Assembly: GCA_024638505.1 (NCBI GenBank)
Contig: JAHEKE010000009.1
Location: 12,196 to 76,195, forward strand
Length of the DNA: 64,000 nt
Origin: Gammaproteobacteria bacterium
GTDB lineage: Bacteria; Pseudomonadota; Gammaproteobacteria; Arenicellales; JAANXG01
Reading direction: 5' to 3'
Shown piece after piece: positions 1-12,319 of the stretch (positions are counted from its first letter, which is position 1; each line of letters opens with the position of its first letter). The position numbers and the translations under genes were made by a program. The notes beneath the pieces are model-generated. The model saw nothing but the letters and a program-made list of their open reading frames with translations. It did not search any database and was not told the DNA's origin.

Positions 1-1103
1 TGCAAGGCTATTTAACCGCTTATCTCAATATCGATGAAGTGATCAGAATCATACGTCGGGAAGATAAGCCGAAGCCGGTGCTGATGAAACGTTTTCGACT
101 AAGTGATGATCAGGCTGAGGCTATTCTCGAATTGAAACTGCGCAACCTTGCCAAACTGGAAGAGTTCAGGATAGAGGGGGAGCAAAAAGAATTGAGTAGC
201 GAGCGTGACACGCTGAAGAAAACGCTTGCGTCCGATAGAAAATTGAAACGGCTTATCAGAGAAGAGTTGCTGGCGGACGCGGAGGAGTTCGGGGATAGGC
301 GCCGATCTCCGATCGTAGAGCGTGCGGCGGCTAAAGCCATAGATCATACAAAGCTCATACCAGCCGAGGCGATCACTGTGGTACTGTCAAAAAAAGGTTG
401 GGTGCGCGCCGCAAAGGGGCACGAGATTGATCCCCGCAGTCTGAGCTATCGATCTGGAGATGCTTACCTGCACGCCGCCCATGGGCGCACCAATCAGTCG
501 GTGGTTTGCCTTGATTCAAGCGGCAGAACTTATACCGTACCTGCGCATGGTCTACCTTCCGCGCGCGGGCAAGGTGAACCACTGAGCAGTACGCTAACGC
601 CTCCGAACGGTGCCGCTTTCGCCGGCGTGATGATGGGAGAGGATGAAGATCTTTACCTGTTGAGCACCGCGGCAGGATATGGATTTATAGCGCCCCTGGG
701 GGAGATGCATACTAAAAACAAGAAGGGGAAAAGCACGCTAAAGGTGCCGGCAGATGCCAAGGTATTAACCCCGCAAAGGATATTCGATATGGACAAGGAT
801 TGGCTGGCAATTGTGACAACTGCCGGATATCTCCTGGTCTATATGGTCGGTGAACTGCCGCAAATGAACAGGGGGCGAGGTGTCAAGCTAATCAATATTC
901 CGGCCAAGCGACGTAAGGCAGGCGAAGAGGGTGTGCTTGCGGTAATCACGTTTCAGGAAGACGACGGTCTGTTGATTTATTCAGGTAAACGCTATCTACG
1001 TATGAAGCCGTCGGATATAGACCATTATATCGGTGCCCGCGGTCTGCGCGGACGTAAACTGCCACGAGGATTCCAACAGGTCCGCGGGATGGCTGTTGAG
1101 TAG
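1..1103 (+). CDS. parC: DNA topoisomerase IV subunit A, C-terminal portion (5' end outside window)
   Basis: The frame is open from the window edge to the stop at 1101-1103. The translation ...YLNIDEVIRIIRREDKPKPVLMKRFRLSDDQAEAILELKLRNLAKLEE... matches the ParC-specific segment (ILELKLRxLAKLEE). About 300 aa of C-terminal domain follow. Confidence 0.85.
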   Translation, partial: QGYLTAYLNIDEVIRIIRREDKPKPVLMKRFRLSDDQAEAILELKLRNLAKLEEFRIEGEQKELSSERDTLKKTLASDRKLKRLIREELLADAEEFGDRRRSPIVERAAAKAIDHTKLIPAEAITVVLSKKGWVRAAKGHEIDPRSLSYRSGDAYLHAAHGRTNQSVVCLDSSGRTYTVPAHGLPSARGQGEPLSSTLTPPNGAAFAGVMMGEDEDLYLLSTAAGYGFIAPLGEMHTKNKKGKSTLKVPADAKVLTPQRIFDMDKDWLAIVTTAGYLLVYMVGELPQMNRGRGVKLINIPAKRRKAGEEGVLAVITFQEDDGLLIYSGKRYLRMKPSDIDHYIGARGLRGRKLPRGFQQVRGMAVE

Positions 1104-1160
1104 CCCCGGCGGTCTGGTCGATAGTCGTTATACATCCATCCCGGTAAGAGAAGGCTGAAT

Positions 1161-2327
1161 ATGGCGGGTAAAAAAGCAAAACGAACGCGGGATATACAGC
1201 CGTTTTATGCAATGGAGGTGCTGGCCAAAGCATATCGCATGGAGGCGCAGGGGCGTGACGTCATTCATCTGGAAGTGGGTGAGCCGGATTTTGCAAGCCC
1301 AAATGAGGTAGTGAAAGCTGGGTGCAGCGCTTTGACCGGAGGCCATACGAAATACACGCCAGCGTTGGGTATACCTGAGTTAAGACAGGCCATTGCAGAT
1401 TCGTACGAGGAATCCTGCCGACCCAACATCGCGCGTGTGGCGGTTACACCGGGCTCCTCGGGGGCGCTCATGCTGGCTTTTGGCGTATTGATCGATGAGG
1501 GTGACCAGGTTTTGTTAGCAGACCCCGGCTACCCCTGCAACAGCAACTTTATTCGCCTTTACGGTGGGCAGCCCGTTTTGGTGCCGACGGACGCATCATC
1601 AAACTATCAGTTGTCGGCAGACTTGATACGTCAACACTGGCAGGAAAAGACTGCAGCGGTGTTGCTCGCTTCTCCTTCCAATCCAACCGGTACGGTTATA
1701 ACACCTGCGGAAATGTCGGCCATAGTCACCACAGTGGATGAGTTAGGCGGGGTTTGTATCGTCGATGAAATTTATCATGGATTGACTTACGACATAGAAG
1801 TCAGGTCCGCGTTACATGATTCTGATAATGTTTTTATCGTCAACAGTTTTTCCAAATATTTCGGCATGACAGGGTGGCGAATAGGGTGGTTGGTTTCTCC
1901 CCAAGACTACGTTGCCGAGATAAATAAATTCGCGCAGAATTTATACATTTCCACAAGTGCGCCCGCGCAGTACGCAGCTGTGAGCGCAATGACGGCGCCG
2001 GTTATCGCGGAATGTGAACGAAGACGGTTGGAATTTATGGCGCGTCGGGACTATCTGGTTCCGGCTTTACGCGACATTGGTTTCAAAATTCCGCTGATGC
2101 CGCAGGGGGCTTTTTACGTGTATGCCGACATCAGCGCTTTCAGTGAAGACAGCGAACAGTTTGCCTTGGATGTATTGGAGAATACCGGCGTGGCGTTGAC
2201 GCCGGGACGCGATTTCGGTGAATACAGGCATCTCGCACACGTTCGATTCTCTTACGCCAATACAATGGAACGTTTGCACGATGCGGTAGCGCGTTTGCGT
2301 GATTACCTGGGAACGTTTAATGCGTAA
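1161..2327 (+). CDS. Pyridoxal-phosphate-dependent aminotransferase, class I/II (aspartate/aromatic-type)
   Basis: 388 aa. Fold-type I aminotransferase motifs are present: SPSNPTG, and NSFSKYFGMTGWRIGW with the Schiff-base Lys in SFSK. Confidence 0.85.
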   Translation: MAGKKAKRTRDIQPFYAMEVLAKAYRMEAQGRDVIHLEVGEPDFASPNEVVKAGCSALTGGHTKYTPALGIPELRQAIADSYEESCRPNIARVAVTPGSSGALMLAFGVLIDEGDQVLLADPGYPCNSNFIRLYGGQPVLVPTDASSNYQLSADLIRQHWQEKTAAVLLASPSNPTGTVITPAEMSAIVTTVDELGGVCIVDEIYHGLTYDIEVRSALHDSDNVFIVNSFSKYFGMTGWRIGWLVSPQDYVAEINKFAQNLYISTSAPAQYAAVSAMTAPVIAECERRRLEFMARRDYLVPALRDIGFKIPLMPQGAFYVYADISAFSEDSEQFALDVLENTGVALTPGRDFGEYRHLAHVRFSYANTMERLHDAVARLRDYLGTFNA

Positions 2328-2355
2328 TCTTGCGCGCGCACTGCACGTTCTTGTC

Positions 2356-3372
2356 CTATCGCCGACGGATCGTGTTGCTAGTCGAACTCTGTATTAGATG
2401 CACGCTCTTGCCAGGCGGGAACTTCTTGCCTGGTCGGAACAACATTGCAGCGACGAACAGAGCGATCGCACAAGCCATTATAAATAGCAACAATTGCGTT
2501 GGCACGGCACCAAATAATTTATAAGCCGCTTTAGTAGCGCGGGAACCGGCCTTCAGCGAGGTGACAAGTGCACCGATGTTTCTCCCGTCCTGACTGATCC
2601 GCTTGACACCATTTTTACCCGCCAGCCGGCTCAGAGCATAAGTACCTGTGGCGTTAATCTCAGCTGCTTTGGCGACCTTTTGCAAGTCATCCACGCTGTC
2701 TACCGCATGCATCACTCCGCGCAGCGGCCCTGGCCCCAAATGAGTGCCAGCCTTACCCATGTCTGTAACCACGCCGGATAACCTGCCGTACTTTCCAGTC
2801 TTAAGCGCTTCTTGACTCGTCCGCATTAAACTTTTACTGAAGCGCTTGGTAAAGGCACCACTACGCTTCATCGCTTTGATCAGGGCTGGTGCCCAATCAA
2901 CCTGCGGTGCCAGTGTGGTTGTCAGCCCGATGGCTGAAAGGGCCATAATTAAGGCGTCGCCAGAGCCGTAGTACACTTGTTTCCAGCCTTGTACCGCCAG
3001 ATCTCTAATATCGCCAATTACAAACAGATCCAGTGACAGGCTGCCCAGCATACTCACCCAGTCGGTAGGCTCTCCGCTGAGCGCACCATCGGCGAAGCGC
3101 TGCGTTTGTTTCCAGAAACCTAAGAGTTCGGAATCGGCCTGTTGCGCCAGCTCACCGGTCAGGCGCGGATCTGCCAGGTCAGGTCTTTCAGCCAAGTAGT
3201 CGGTCAGCATCTTAACCTCGGCCCAACGCCCTTCGCTGGCGAGTGCACGCGTGTTTTCGATCGCATCCTCGTGCAGCACTACTTTTTCACTGAAACGATC
3301 AGTTAATTCTTTCGCCGTGAGTAAACAACACAGAGCGGCCACCGCGGCGACTATAATTCTGGTTAATCCCAT
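2356..3372 (-). CDS. Hypothetical membrane-anchored protein
   Basis: 338-aa ORF. It has an N-terminal hydrophobic signal/anchor (IIVAAVAALCCLLTA) and a C-terminal TM helix (LLLFIMACAIALFVAAMLF). I recognise no family motif. Confidence 0.55.
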   Translation of the reverse strand: MGLTRIIVAAVAALCCLLTAKELTDRFSEKVVLHEDAIENTRALASEGRWAEVKMLTDYLAERPDLADPRLTGELAQQADSELLGFWKQTQRFADGALSGEPTDWVSMLGSLSLDLFVIGDIRDLAVQGWKQVYYGSGDALIMALSAIGLTTTLAPQVDWAPALIKAMKRSGAFTKRFSKSLMRTSQEALKTGKYGRLSGVVTDMGKAGTHLGPGPLRGVMHAVDSVDDLQKVAKAAEINATGTYALSRLAGKNGVKRISQDGRNIGALVTSLKAGSRATKAAYKLFGAVPTQLLLFIMACAIALFVAAMLFRPGKKFPPGKSVHLIQSSTSNTIRRR

Positions 3373-3498
3373 GCTTGTTCAACAATGGTCATTGACAGAG
3401 GGTTTGCCATAGCAACAGTTCTTAAATAGAGACGTTGTGCGATCATGGCTCAGCTCCCGTCCCGCGTCGAAATATGGCGGCGACCCTGGGGTTCTGCG

Positions 3499-5322
3499 CT
3501 AAACAACGGGTTCTCCGACTGATCTCAGCTTCCTGTCTTCTGCATACACCCGAACACTCGGAACGTCATACTGGTTGAGTTCGTCCTGAATGCGCAGCCA
3601 GTAGTCGGTAGTCAACAGGTCGCCATGATGATGGCGAAAGACCCGGGTGAGGGAACGGTTGGGTATGCGCAGCCCGGCCTCGATCTCCTCCGGCAAGAAC
3701 ACTACGCCGTCTTCGAAGTACCAGTCAGGGACGTCTTCTTCACCATCATAACGGTTAACGTTTGTCCTGATCTTTACCTCGGTAAAATTTTCGAGTGCAT
3801 CGTAATCAAACAAGTACACTTTTAAGTAGCGGCTGACGCCATAGTTACGCGCATCAAGATCCTTGTTAAAAATGTTAGCGGCCGTATTGTTTTTGATGCA
3901 GTGTCCTAGATTGATAATCGCCGTTGTGGCTTCATCAGGGGATGCATGCTGTAAGAAAAGTGGAAGTGGGAGCATTCTGATTTGGACAATAAGGTGCCTA
4001 AAAATTACGCCGTCTTCATGCTCTGTTATGCTTCCGCCTGCCTCAGCCATAAGCTCTTTGAGCAGGTTTTGGTCAAACCAGCTCTGGTCCAACTTAACGT
4101 TGTAATAAATGATGTTATCCAGCATGCTGCCGGTGCGGTTGATATCATGCACTCTGGAATACTTTTTTAGTACCGCATCTACGCCATCGAAAGTGCCCCA
4201 TTTGTAGCCGGCGGTCGGTTTATCTCTAATTACCTTCAGGTTGAAAGACGATGAGGGAGTAGAAAAGCCAATGGCGACGGTTCCCCTGAAACCGGGTGCA
4301 GTTTGGAAAATTTCGCCCGTTGCGACCACTTCTTTTTTAAGTTCGTTCATCACTGCGACCTTACCGAAATGGTTGTAGCCAATAGTGGTATAGTGCAGAC
4401 CGATGGGTCGCTCTGGCATGATGCTGTGCAGAAAATCTGCCAGTTCGTGATAGTAGGATGTGGTGACGTGGAAATTAGCCAGCGTTGAACTGAACAGATT
4501 GTGCGCGTCTGCTTCTGTGTGCAAAATGGCGTCGACATATACACCCGTCGCATCGTTCAACAAGGCGAATATCAGCGGTATAGCTTGATCGGTATCGTGC
4601 TTTATTTTGCCTACCAGATAAAGACCGCGGTTTCGATAAAACCCGGCGTTAAATAGCTCTATTTCTGATGGATTGACGGTAGGAATGCGGGCGGTGCGCA
4701 TAATCTGGTTGATACGCTCGGCGCACAGTTCAGCATCCTGCTCAATGCTCCTGAATGGAGCGTTCAGTCTTGCTACTCCCAGCATGTCTACAACTTCAGC
4801 CGCAACTATTTGTTTGCCTATCGGAAATTTTCGAATTATGGCTTCAGATTCAAGGGTGTCGACTTCAAAAGAACGGCCAAAAGCGTACGCTACCGGCTTC
4901 CATTCTCCGCGCAATATGTATCTTCTAACCGACTGGATATAAGCCAGTGCAAGATCAGCCTCATAGCGGTGCTCAATGAGGTTCCAGTATTTTGTTTCCA
5001 GGCCGCTCCACAGCTTCTGATCCTCAGCGATCAGGGGTAAGGCTTGCTGCAGCCGTTCACCAAGTTGACACATGCTGTTGCTGTACATAGACAGACGTTT
5101 CTTACTTATTGCTACGGACAGCCCGGGATTACGTTGCTCAAAGGCAAGTTTCGCTACATCGGGAATGGACTGGAATTCAGCGTAATACTTATCAAACTCG
5201 TGCAGTACCCACGCAGCCGAAAGTCCACAGATCTCTTCATCATCAGCTGCCGTCGTTACGGCATCTGCATATTGCTGACCGTCTTCTCCGAATGTATGCT
5301 GGATCATATATGGATAGTGCAA
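3499..5322 (-). CDS. aceK: Bifunctional isocitrate dehydrogenase kinase/phosphatase
   Basis: 607 aa, collinear with E. coli AceK as I recall it. Matching segments include ...APGFRGTVAIGFS..., ...IFRHLIVQIRMLPLPLFL..., AANIFNKDLDARNYGVSRYLKVYLFDYDALE and PDWYFEDGVVFLPEEIE. The start could also be Met6. Confidence 0.9.
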   Translation of the reverse strand: MHYPYMIQHTFGEDGQQYADAVTTAADDEEICGLSAAWVLHEFDKYYAEFQSIPDVAKLAFEQRNPGLSVAISKKRLSMYSNSMCQLGERLQQALPLIAEDQKLWSGLETKYWNLIEHRYEADLALAYIQSVRRYILRGEWKPVAYAFGRSFEVDTLESEAIIRKFPIGKQIVAAEVVDMLGVARLNAPFRSIEQDAELCAERINQIMRTARIPTVNPSEIELFNAGFYRNRGLYLVGKIKHDTDQAIPLIFALLNDATGVYVDAILHTEADAHNLFSSTLANFHVTTSYYHELADFLHSIMPERPIGLHYTTIGYNHFGKVAVMNELKKEVVATGEIFQTAPGFRGTVAIGFSTPSSSFNLKVIRDKPTAGYKWGTFDGVDAVLKKYSRVHDINRTGSMLDNIIYYNVKLDQSWFDQNLLKELMAEAGGSITEHEDGVIFRHLIVQIRMLPLPLFLQHASPDEATTAIINLGHCIKNNTAANIFNKDLDARNYGVSRYLKVYLFDYDALENFTEVKIRTNVNRYDGEEDVPDWYFEDGVVFLPEEIEAGLRIPNRSLTRVFRHHHGDLLTTDYWLRIQDELNQYDVPSVRVYAEDRKLRSVGEPVV

Positions 5323-5418
5323 GGCGTCATCTGCGACATTGATCTAATCATACCAAACAAGGGTTGCGACATTGAAAAAGTCATCGCACCTGAGGGTTAA
5401 CACCGGGCTTGAGGTAAA

Positions 5419-6201
5419 ATGATGAAATTCATACACGTCACTGATCCCCATCTGATCACGCCGGGCGAACTCCTCCACTCTCTGGATCCGCAGAAAAGAT
5501 TCAGTGCCTGCATTCAGTCAATAAACGAACGCGAAGCTGATGCTGAGATAGTTGTTATTACCGGCGATCTGGCTGATCGCGGACAGCTGAGTGCATACCG
5601 CGCGCTGCACAGAGAGCTCAAACGTTTGGTTTTGCCCTATCACCTTTTGATTGGTAATCACGACAATCGTGCAAACTTTTTGTCGATATTCCATGATGCC
5701 TGGGTCGATGACTATGGATTCGTGCAGGGCATATTGCCTACAGCGGCAGGTCGGTTTCTGTTTTTAGATACTGTACAGCCGGGGCAAAGTGCGGGCATTT
5801 ACTGTAGCAAGCGCTGTCAATGGTTAGAACGCGCGCTGTCGGATTCTGCAAGGGAGCAGGTGTTTCTGTTCATGCATCACCCGCCATTCGATGTCAACAT
5901 TCCTTTTTTAGACCGTATTGGACTTGAGAACAAGCAGGATTTTATTGACGTTATAGCGGGCCATAACAATATCCGCCATCTGTTTTTCGGGCACGTGCAT
6001 CGACCGATAAGTGGAAGCTGGCGCGGAATCCCCTTTTCTACTCTAACCAGCACAAATCACCAGGTTGTGCTTGATATGAAAGGCACCGCCCCGGTGAACT
6101 ACTGGAATGAGGCACCGACCTACGGCGTTGTTTTGTTGCATCCACACCATACCATTGTCCACACCTTTCCCTATTTGGATAATGAGCCTCTGCCTGTTTA
6201 G
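5419..6201 (+). CDS. Metallophosphoesterase (CpdA/GpdQ-like phosphodiesterase)
   Basis: 260 aa with the calcineurin-like motif series: HVTDPH, GDLADRG, GNHDN, HHPP, GHVH. Confidence 0.8.
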   Translation: MMKFIHVTDPHLITPGELLHSLDPQKRFSACIQSINEREADAEIVVITGDLADRGQLSAYRALHRELKRLVLPYHLLIGNHDNRANFLSIFHDAWVDDYGFVQGILPTAAGRFLFLDTVQPGQSAGIYCSKRCQWLERALSDSAREQVFLFMHHPPFDVNIPFLDRIGLENKQDFIDVIAGHNNIRHLFFGHVHRPISGSWRGIPFSTLTSTNHQVVLDMKGTAPVNYWNEAPTYGVVLLHPHHTIVHTFPYLDNEPLPV

Positions 6202-6271
6202 CGGCGCGTCTGTGAACTGATCAGCTTCACACTGCCGGCGGCAGCGTGCTGAACGCTGAATCCGCATCTGA

Positions 6272-8035
6272 CTACAGACCAACTTGGCCGTAGTTTCTTT
6301 CAATATCTGTCCGGGTTAGCACGCCATAAACTTTTTGCGCCCTACCGCCTTTCCTCCCGGTTATATAGAGTGCCTGTTTGCCGGACCGTGCGAGTAGCTC
6401 CAGCGCATCCTGCACGGTTGCAACCACGTTCGCTTCTATCAGATCCAAGCGTGTCGCCGGTATCGCCATCAGATCAATGTTGAGCGCCTCCTGTTCGGTC
6501 TTGATGTATCTAGCCAGATCCGGAATAGGCAGCAGCGCGATGGCCTGTTTCTGATCCTGCACCAAAATCCATTCCTTGTTCTGCGCCAGCAGCGCCCGAG
6601 CTGCGCTCTGCTCGATAGTGCGTGGTTGCGCGCTGAAATTCCTGTTCATTATGCTGGCAACACCCGTGCGGCGCATGGTTTGTGCGACCGGGGCATCACC
6701 GTAACTGAGGCCGTGTTCCTCCATGATCAGCTGGTAAATGGATGGGCAGCGGAAAACGACTCGCGTCACCAGAACGGCAGAAACAACGGCGGTCATGCCT
6801 GGCATGATGACTTTTGGATTCGCTGTTAGCTCCATTAGAGCTACCAGCGCGGCCAGCGGAGCCTGCAGGGTTGCAGCCATCATCGCCCCCATTCCCAACA
6901 TGGCGTAAAAACCTGCTGAAACATCTGCGCCATAAAGTGCTATTGATAACCAACCCAGAGCGCCGCCAGCAGTGGCGCCCATGAACAGCGTTGGACCGAT
7001 CAAGCCGCCCGGTGACCCCAGTCCTATGCACACGCTGGTGCCGAGCAATTTGCCTAGGACAATCAGTAAAAGGGTCGCCAGCGCGATTTCGCCGAGCAGA
7101 GCAGTTCTTACCGTGTCATAGCCGATGCCCATGACTTCGGGCGCCGGGAGCGCAATGATTCCGATCACAACACCTGCAATCAACATCTTCAACCAGATCG
7201 GGAGATGCCGAGCGACACGAAATACCCGCAGCGTAAGGCGAATGAAAGCTGCCGCCAAAGCTCCGATCGCGACACCCAAAATCAGCACATAAAGTAATTC
7301 GTGCAGAGTGCTCCACTGATAGGTATAAACGAAGAAAACCACGTCTTCACCGTGCACTACCCGGGTAAGCGCAGTGGCGCTTACTGCAGCCAGGATAATC
7401 GGGACAAAACCCACTATGGTGTACTCCATAAGAACAACTTCCATGGCAAATATGACCCCGGCCAGGGGCGTATTGAAACCCGCCGCAATGGCCGCTGCCA
7501 CGCCGCATCCTACCAGGGTACGCACGCTGTTGTTGGGAAGCCCGAGTTTACGTCCCAGCAGACTGCCGCTGGCCGCACCCAAGTGAATATTAGGACCTTC
7601 TCTCCCGACCGAATGCCCGCATATGATGCTTAAAGCAGCACCGATAAACTGCATTACGGCATTGCCAAGTGGCAGATAACCCTGGTGGCTGTTTAACCTT
7701 GTGACGACATGAACTACCCCAACTTGGCGCATGCTGCTGTGAGCAAAATGAAACATCAGCCCGACCGCCAAGCCCCCAAGCACCGCTATACTAAATCGGA
7801 ACAGGGGTGAAAGGGATTCAAAACCTTCGCTGTTTTCCATCGGGAAAAAGCTTGATGCGCTGATCTCAACAACCCAGCGAAACAAAATTATAACGGCGCC
7901 GGCTAATACACCGCAGGCAATGCTCATGAGTGCTAGCTGGGGCAGCGCGTCATAATGCGCCATGCGCAGCTGCTGTGCTTCAGAGAAGTTGCGCCACGCC
8001 TCAATGGCCCGATGCGTGAAGTTTTTACGCCGCAT
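6272..8035 (-). CDS. ClC-family voltage-gated chloride channel / H+-Cl- antiporter with C-terminal CBS pair
   Basis: 587 aa and polytopic. ClC selectivity-filter motifs are present: GHSVGREGPNIHLG and GSPGGLIGPTLFMG. A soluble C-terminal region of about 140 aa follows. Confidence 0.88.
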   Translation of the reverse strand: MRRKNFTHRAIEAWRNFSEAQQLRMAHYDALPQLALMSIACGVLAGAVIILFRWVVEISASSFFPMENSEGFESLSPLFRFSIAVLGGLAVGLMFHFAHSSMRQVGVVHVVTRLNSHQGYLPLGNAVMQFIGAALSIICGHSVGREGPNIHLGAASGSLLGRKLGLPNNSVRTLVGCGVAAAIAAGFNTPLAGVIFAMEVVLMEYTIVGFVPIILAAVSATALTRVVHGEDVVFFVYTYQWSTLHELLYVLILGVAIGALAAAFIRLTLRVFRVARHLPIWLKMLIAGVVIGIIALPAPEVMGIGYDTVRTALLGEIALATLLLIVLGKLLGTSVCIGLGSPGGLIGPTLFMGATAGGALGWLSIALYGADVSAGFYAMLGMGAMMAATLQAPLAALVALMELTANPKVIMPGMTAVVSAVLVTRVVFRCPSIYQLIMEEHGLSYGDAPVAQTMRRTGVASIMNRNFSAQPRTIEQSAARALLAQNKEWILVQDQKQAIALLPIPDLARYIKTEQEALNIDLMAIPATRLDLIEANVVATVQDALELLARSGKQALYITGRKGGRAQKVYGVLTRTDIERNYGQVGL

Positions 8036-8049
8036 CAGTTGCCGCTGGC

Positions 8050-9426
8050 TTAGAAAGGCAGCGTAACGTCGGGGCGCGTGTCCAGCAGTAAACGGCGAAA
8101 CTGGTCTTGTATTCTTTTCAGTGCGGATTCCGTGTCAGCCTCAAAACGCAAAACTAATATCGGTGTTGTATTAGATGGTCGCACCAATCCAAATCCATCT
8201 TCGAAATCCACACGTAAGCCGTCTATGGTGCTTACCTCTGCGTCGGCGAAATCCGCGTTTTCGATCAGTTCTTTCATGTAAACGAAATGCTGCCCTTCAT
8301 CCATTTCGATGCGCAGTTCCGGCGTATTAATACTGTCCGGTAAGGCAGCAAAGACCTGTTGCGGCGACTCGCTCTGTTTGGATAATAGTTCGACTAGTCT
8401 GGCGCCGGTGTACAATCCATCATCGAAGCCATACCAGCGCTCCTTGAAAAAGATATGCCCGCTCATTTCTCCAGCCAGGGCCGCACCAGATTCTTTTAAT
8501 TTCGCCTTGATAAATGAGTGACCCGTACGCCACATCAACGGCTTACCACCTGCCGCAATGATTGCAGCAGGTAAATTACGCGAGCACTTCACGTCGTAGA
8601 TGATCTGGGCGCCGGGCTGGCGGCGTAAAATATCACGCGCGTAGAGTATCATCTGACGGTCCGGCCAGATGTTTGAGCCATCCGGCGTAACCACGCCCAG
8701 TCTGTCTCCGTCCCCATCAAAAGCGAGCCCCAGGTCCGCTTTATGTTCTTGCACGGCGTGAATAAGGTCCTGCAGGTTTTCTAGTTGGCTAGGATCGGGG
8801 TGGTGGTTGGGAAAGTTACCATCTACATCGCAGTACAGTTCCACAACTTCGCAACCAAGGTCCTTGAACAGTCGCGGCGCCACCGCGCCGGCCACACCGT
8901 TGCCGCAATCGAGCACCAGTTTTAACGGCTTATCCGGCTGGATGTCTTTAACAATACGCGCCACGTACGCATCGACTACCTGTTTTTCGTGGCGCTTTCC
9001 CTTGCCATACCCGTTGGCGAAATCAGCATCAATGATCTTCTGTCTAACGGCCTGGATGCGTTCACCGGCTAGCGTTTCCCCATTCAAAACTATTTTTAGG
9101 CCGTTGTACTGTGGGGGATTGTGACTGCCCGTGACCGCCACAGCAGACTGCGTATTTAGGTGGAATCCGGCAAAATAAATGATAGGTGTGGGCGCCTGAC
9201 CGATATCGATTACGTCGCAACCGCTGTCCATAATGCCCTTTGCCAGGGCATCTGCCATCCTGGGTCCCGATAGCCGCCCGTCTCTTCCAATGATGATTGC
9301 ACGTTGCTTCAGCGCCAGCGCTTCACTGCCCAATGCCCGGCCGATTAATGCAACAGTATTTTCCGTCAGTGTTTTATCAACGATGCCACGTATATCGTAG
9401 GCTTTAAAAATCTCTTTCGGTAACAT
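8050..9426 (-). CDS. algC: Phosphomannomutase/phosphoglucomutase
   Basis: 458 aa with three diagnostic motifs. TGSHNPPQYNGLK carries the active-site Ser, FDGDGDRLG is the Mg2+ loop, and GEMSGH is the sugar-binding loop. Confidence 0.9.
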   Translation of the reverse strand: MLPKEIFKAYDIRGIVDKTLTENTVALIGRALGSEALALKQRAIIIGRDGRLSGPRMADALAKGIMDSGCDVIDIGQAPTPIIYFAGFHLNTQSAVAVTGSHNPPQYNGLKIVLNGETLAGERIQAVRQKIIDADFANGYGKGKRHEKQVVDAYVARIVKDIQPDKPLKLVLDCGNGVAGAVAPRLFKDLGCEVVELYCDVDGNFPNHHPDPSQLENLQDLIHAVQEHKADLGLAFDGDGDRLGVVTPDGSNIWPDRQMILYARDILRRQPGAQIIYDVKCSRNLPAAIIAAGGKPLMWRTGHSFIKAKLKESGAALAGEMSGHIFFKERWYGFDDGLYTGARLVELLSKQSESPQQVFAALPDSINTPELRIEMDEGQHFVYMKELIENADFADAEVSTIDGLRVDFEDGFGLVRPSNTTPILVLRFEADTESALKRIQDQFRRLLLDTRPDVTLPF

Positions 9427-9554
9427 AGTAAGTTAGATGCAGATGTCTTCGATGATCGGTAGCTAAGTAAAGGACCGCTATGCACGGGATGAGTTTTTTT
9501 GCCAGGTGTGATGCCAGATCGGCCGGTGCTGTGGCATTACTGTTTATACACTTG

Positions 9555-12301
<2,747 letters not shown>

Positions 12302-12319
12302 GGCGTTTTCTTTTTTGGT

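Noticed and set aside
5340-5360. FNR-like half-site pair TTGATCTAATCAT in the aceK / phosphoesterase divergent region
   Set aside because: The spacing and the second half-site do not fit TTGAT-N4-ATCAA. With N4 spacing the second half-site reads TCATA, and with N3 spacing the geometry is wrong.
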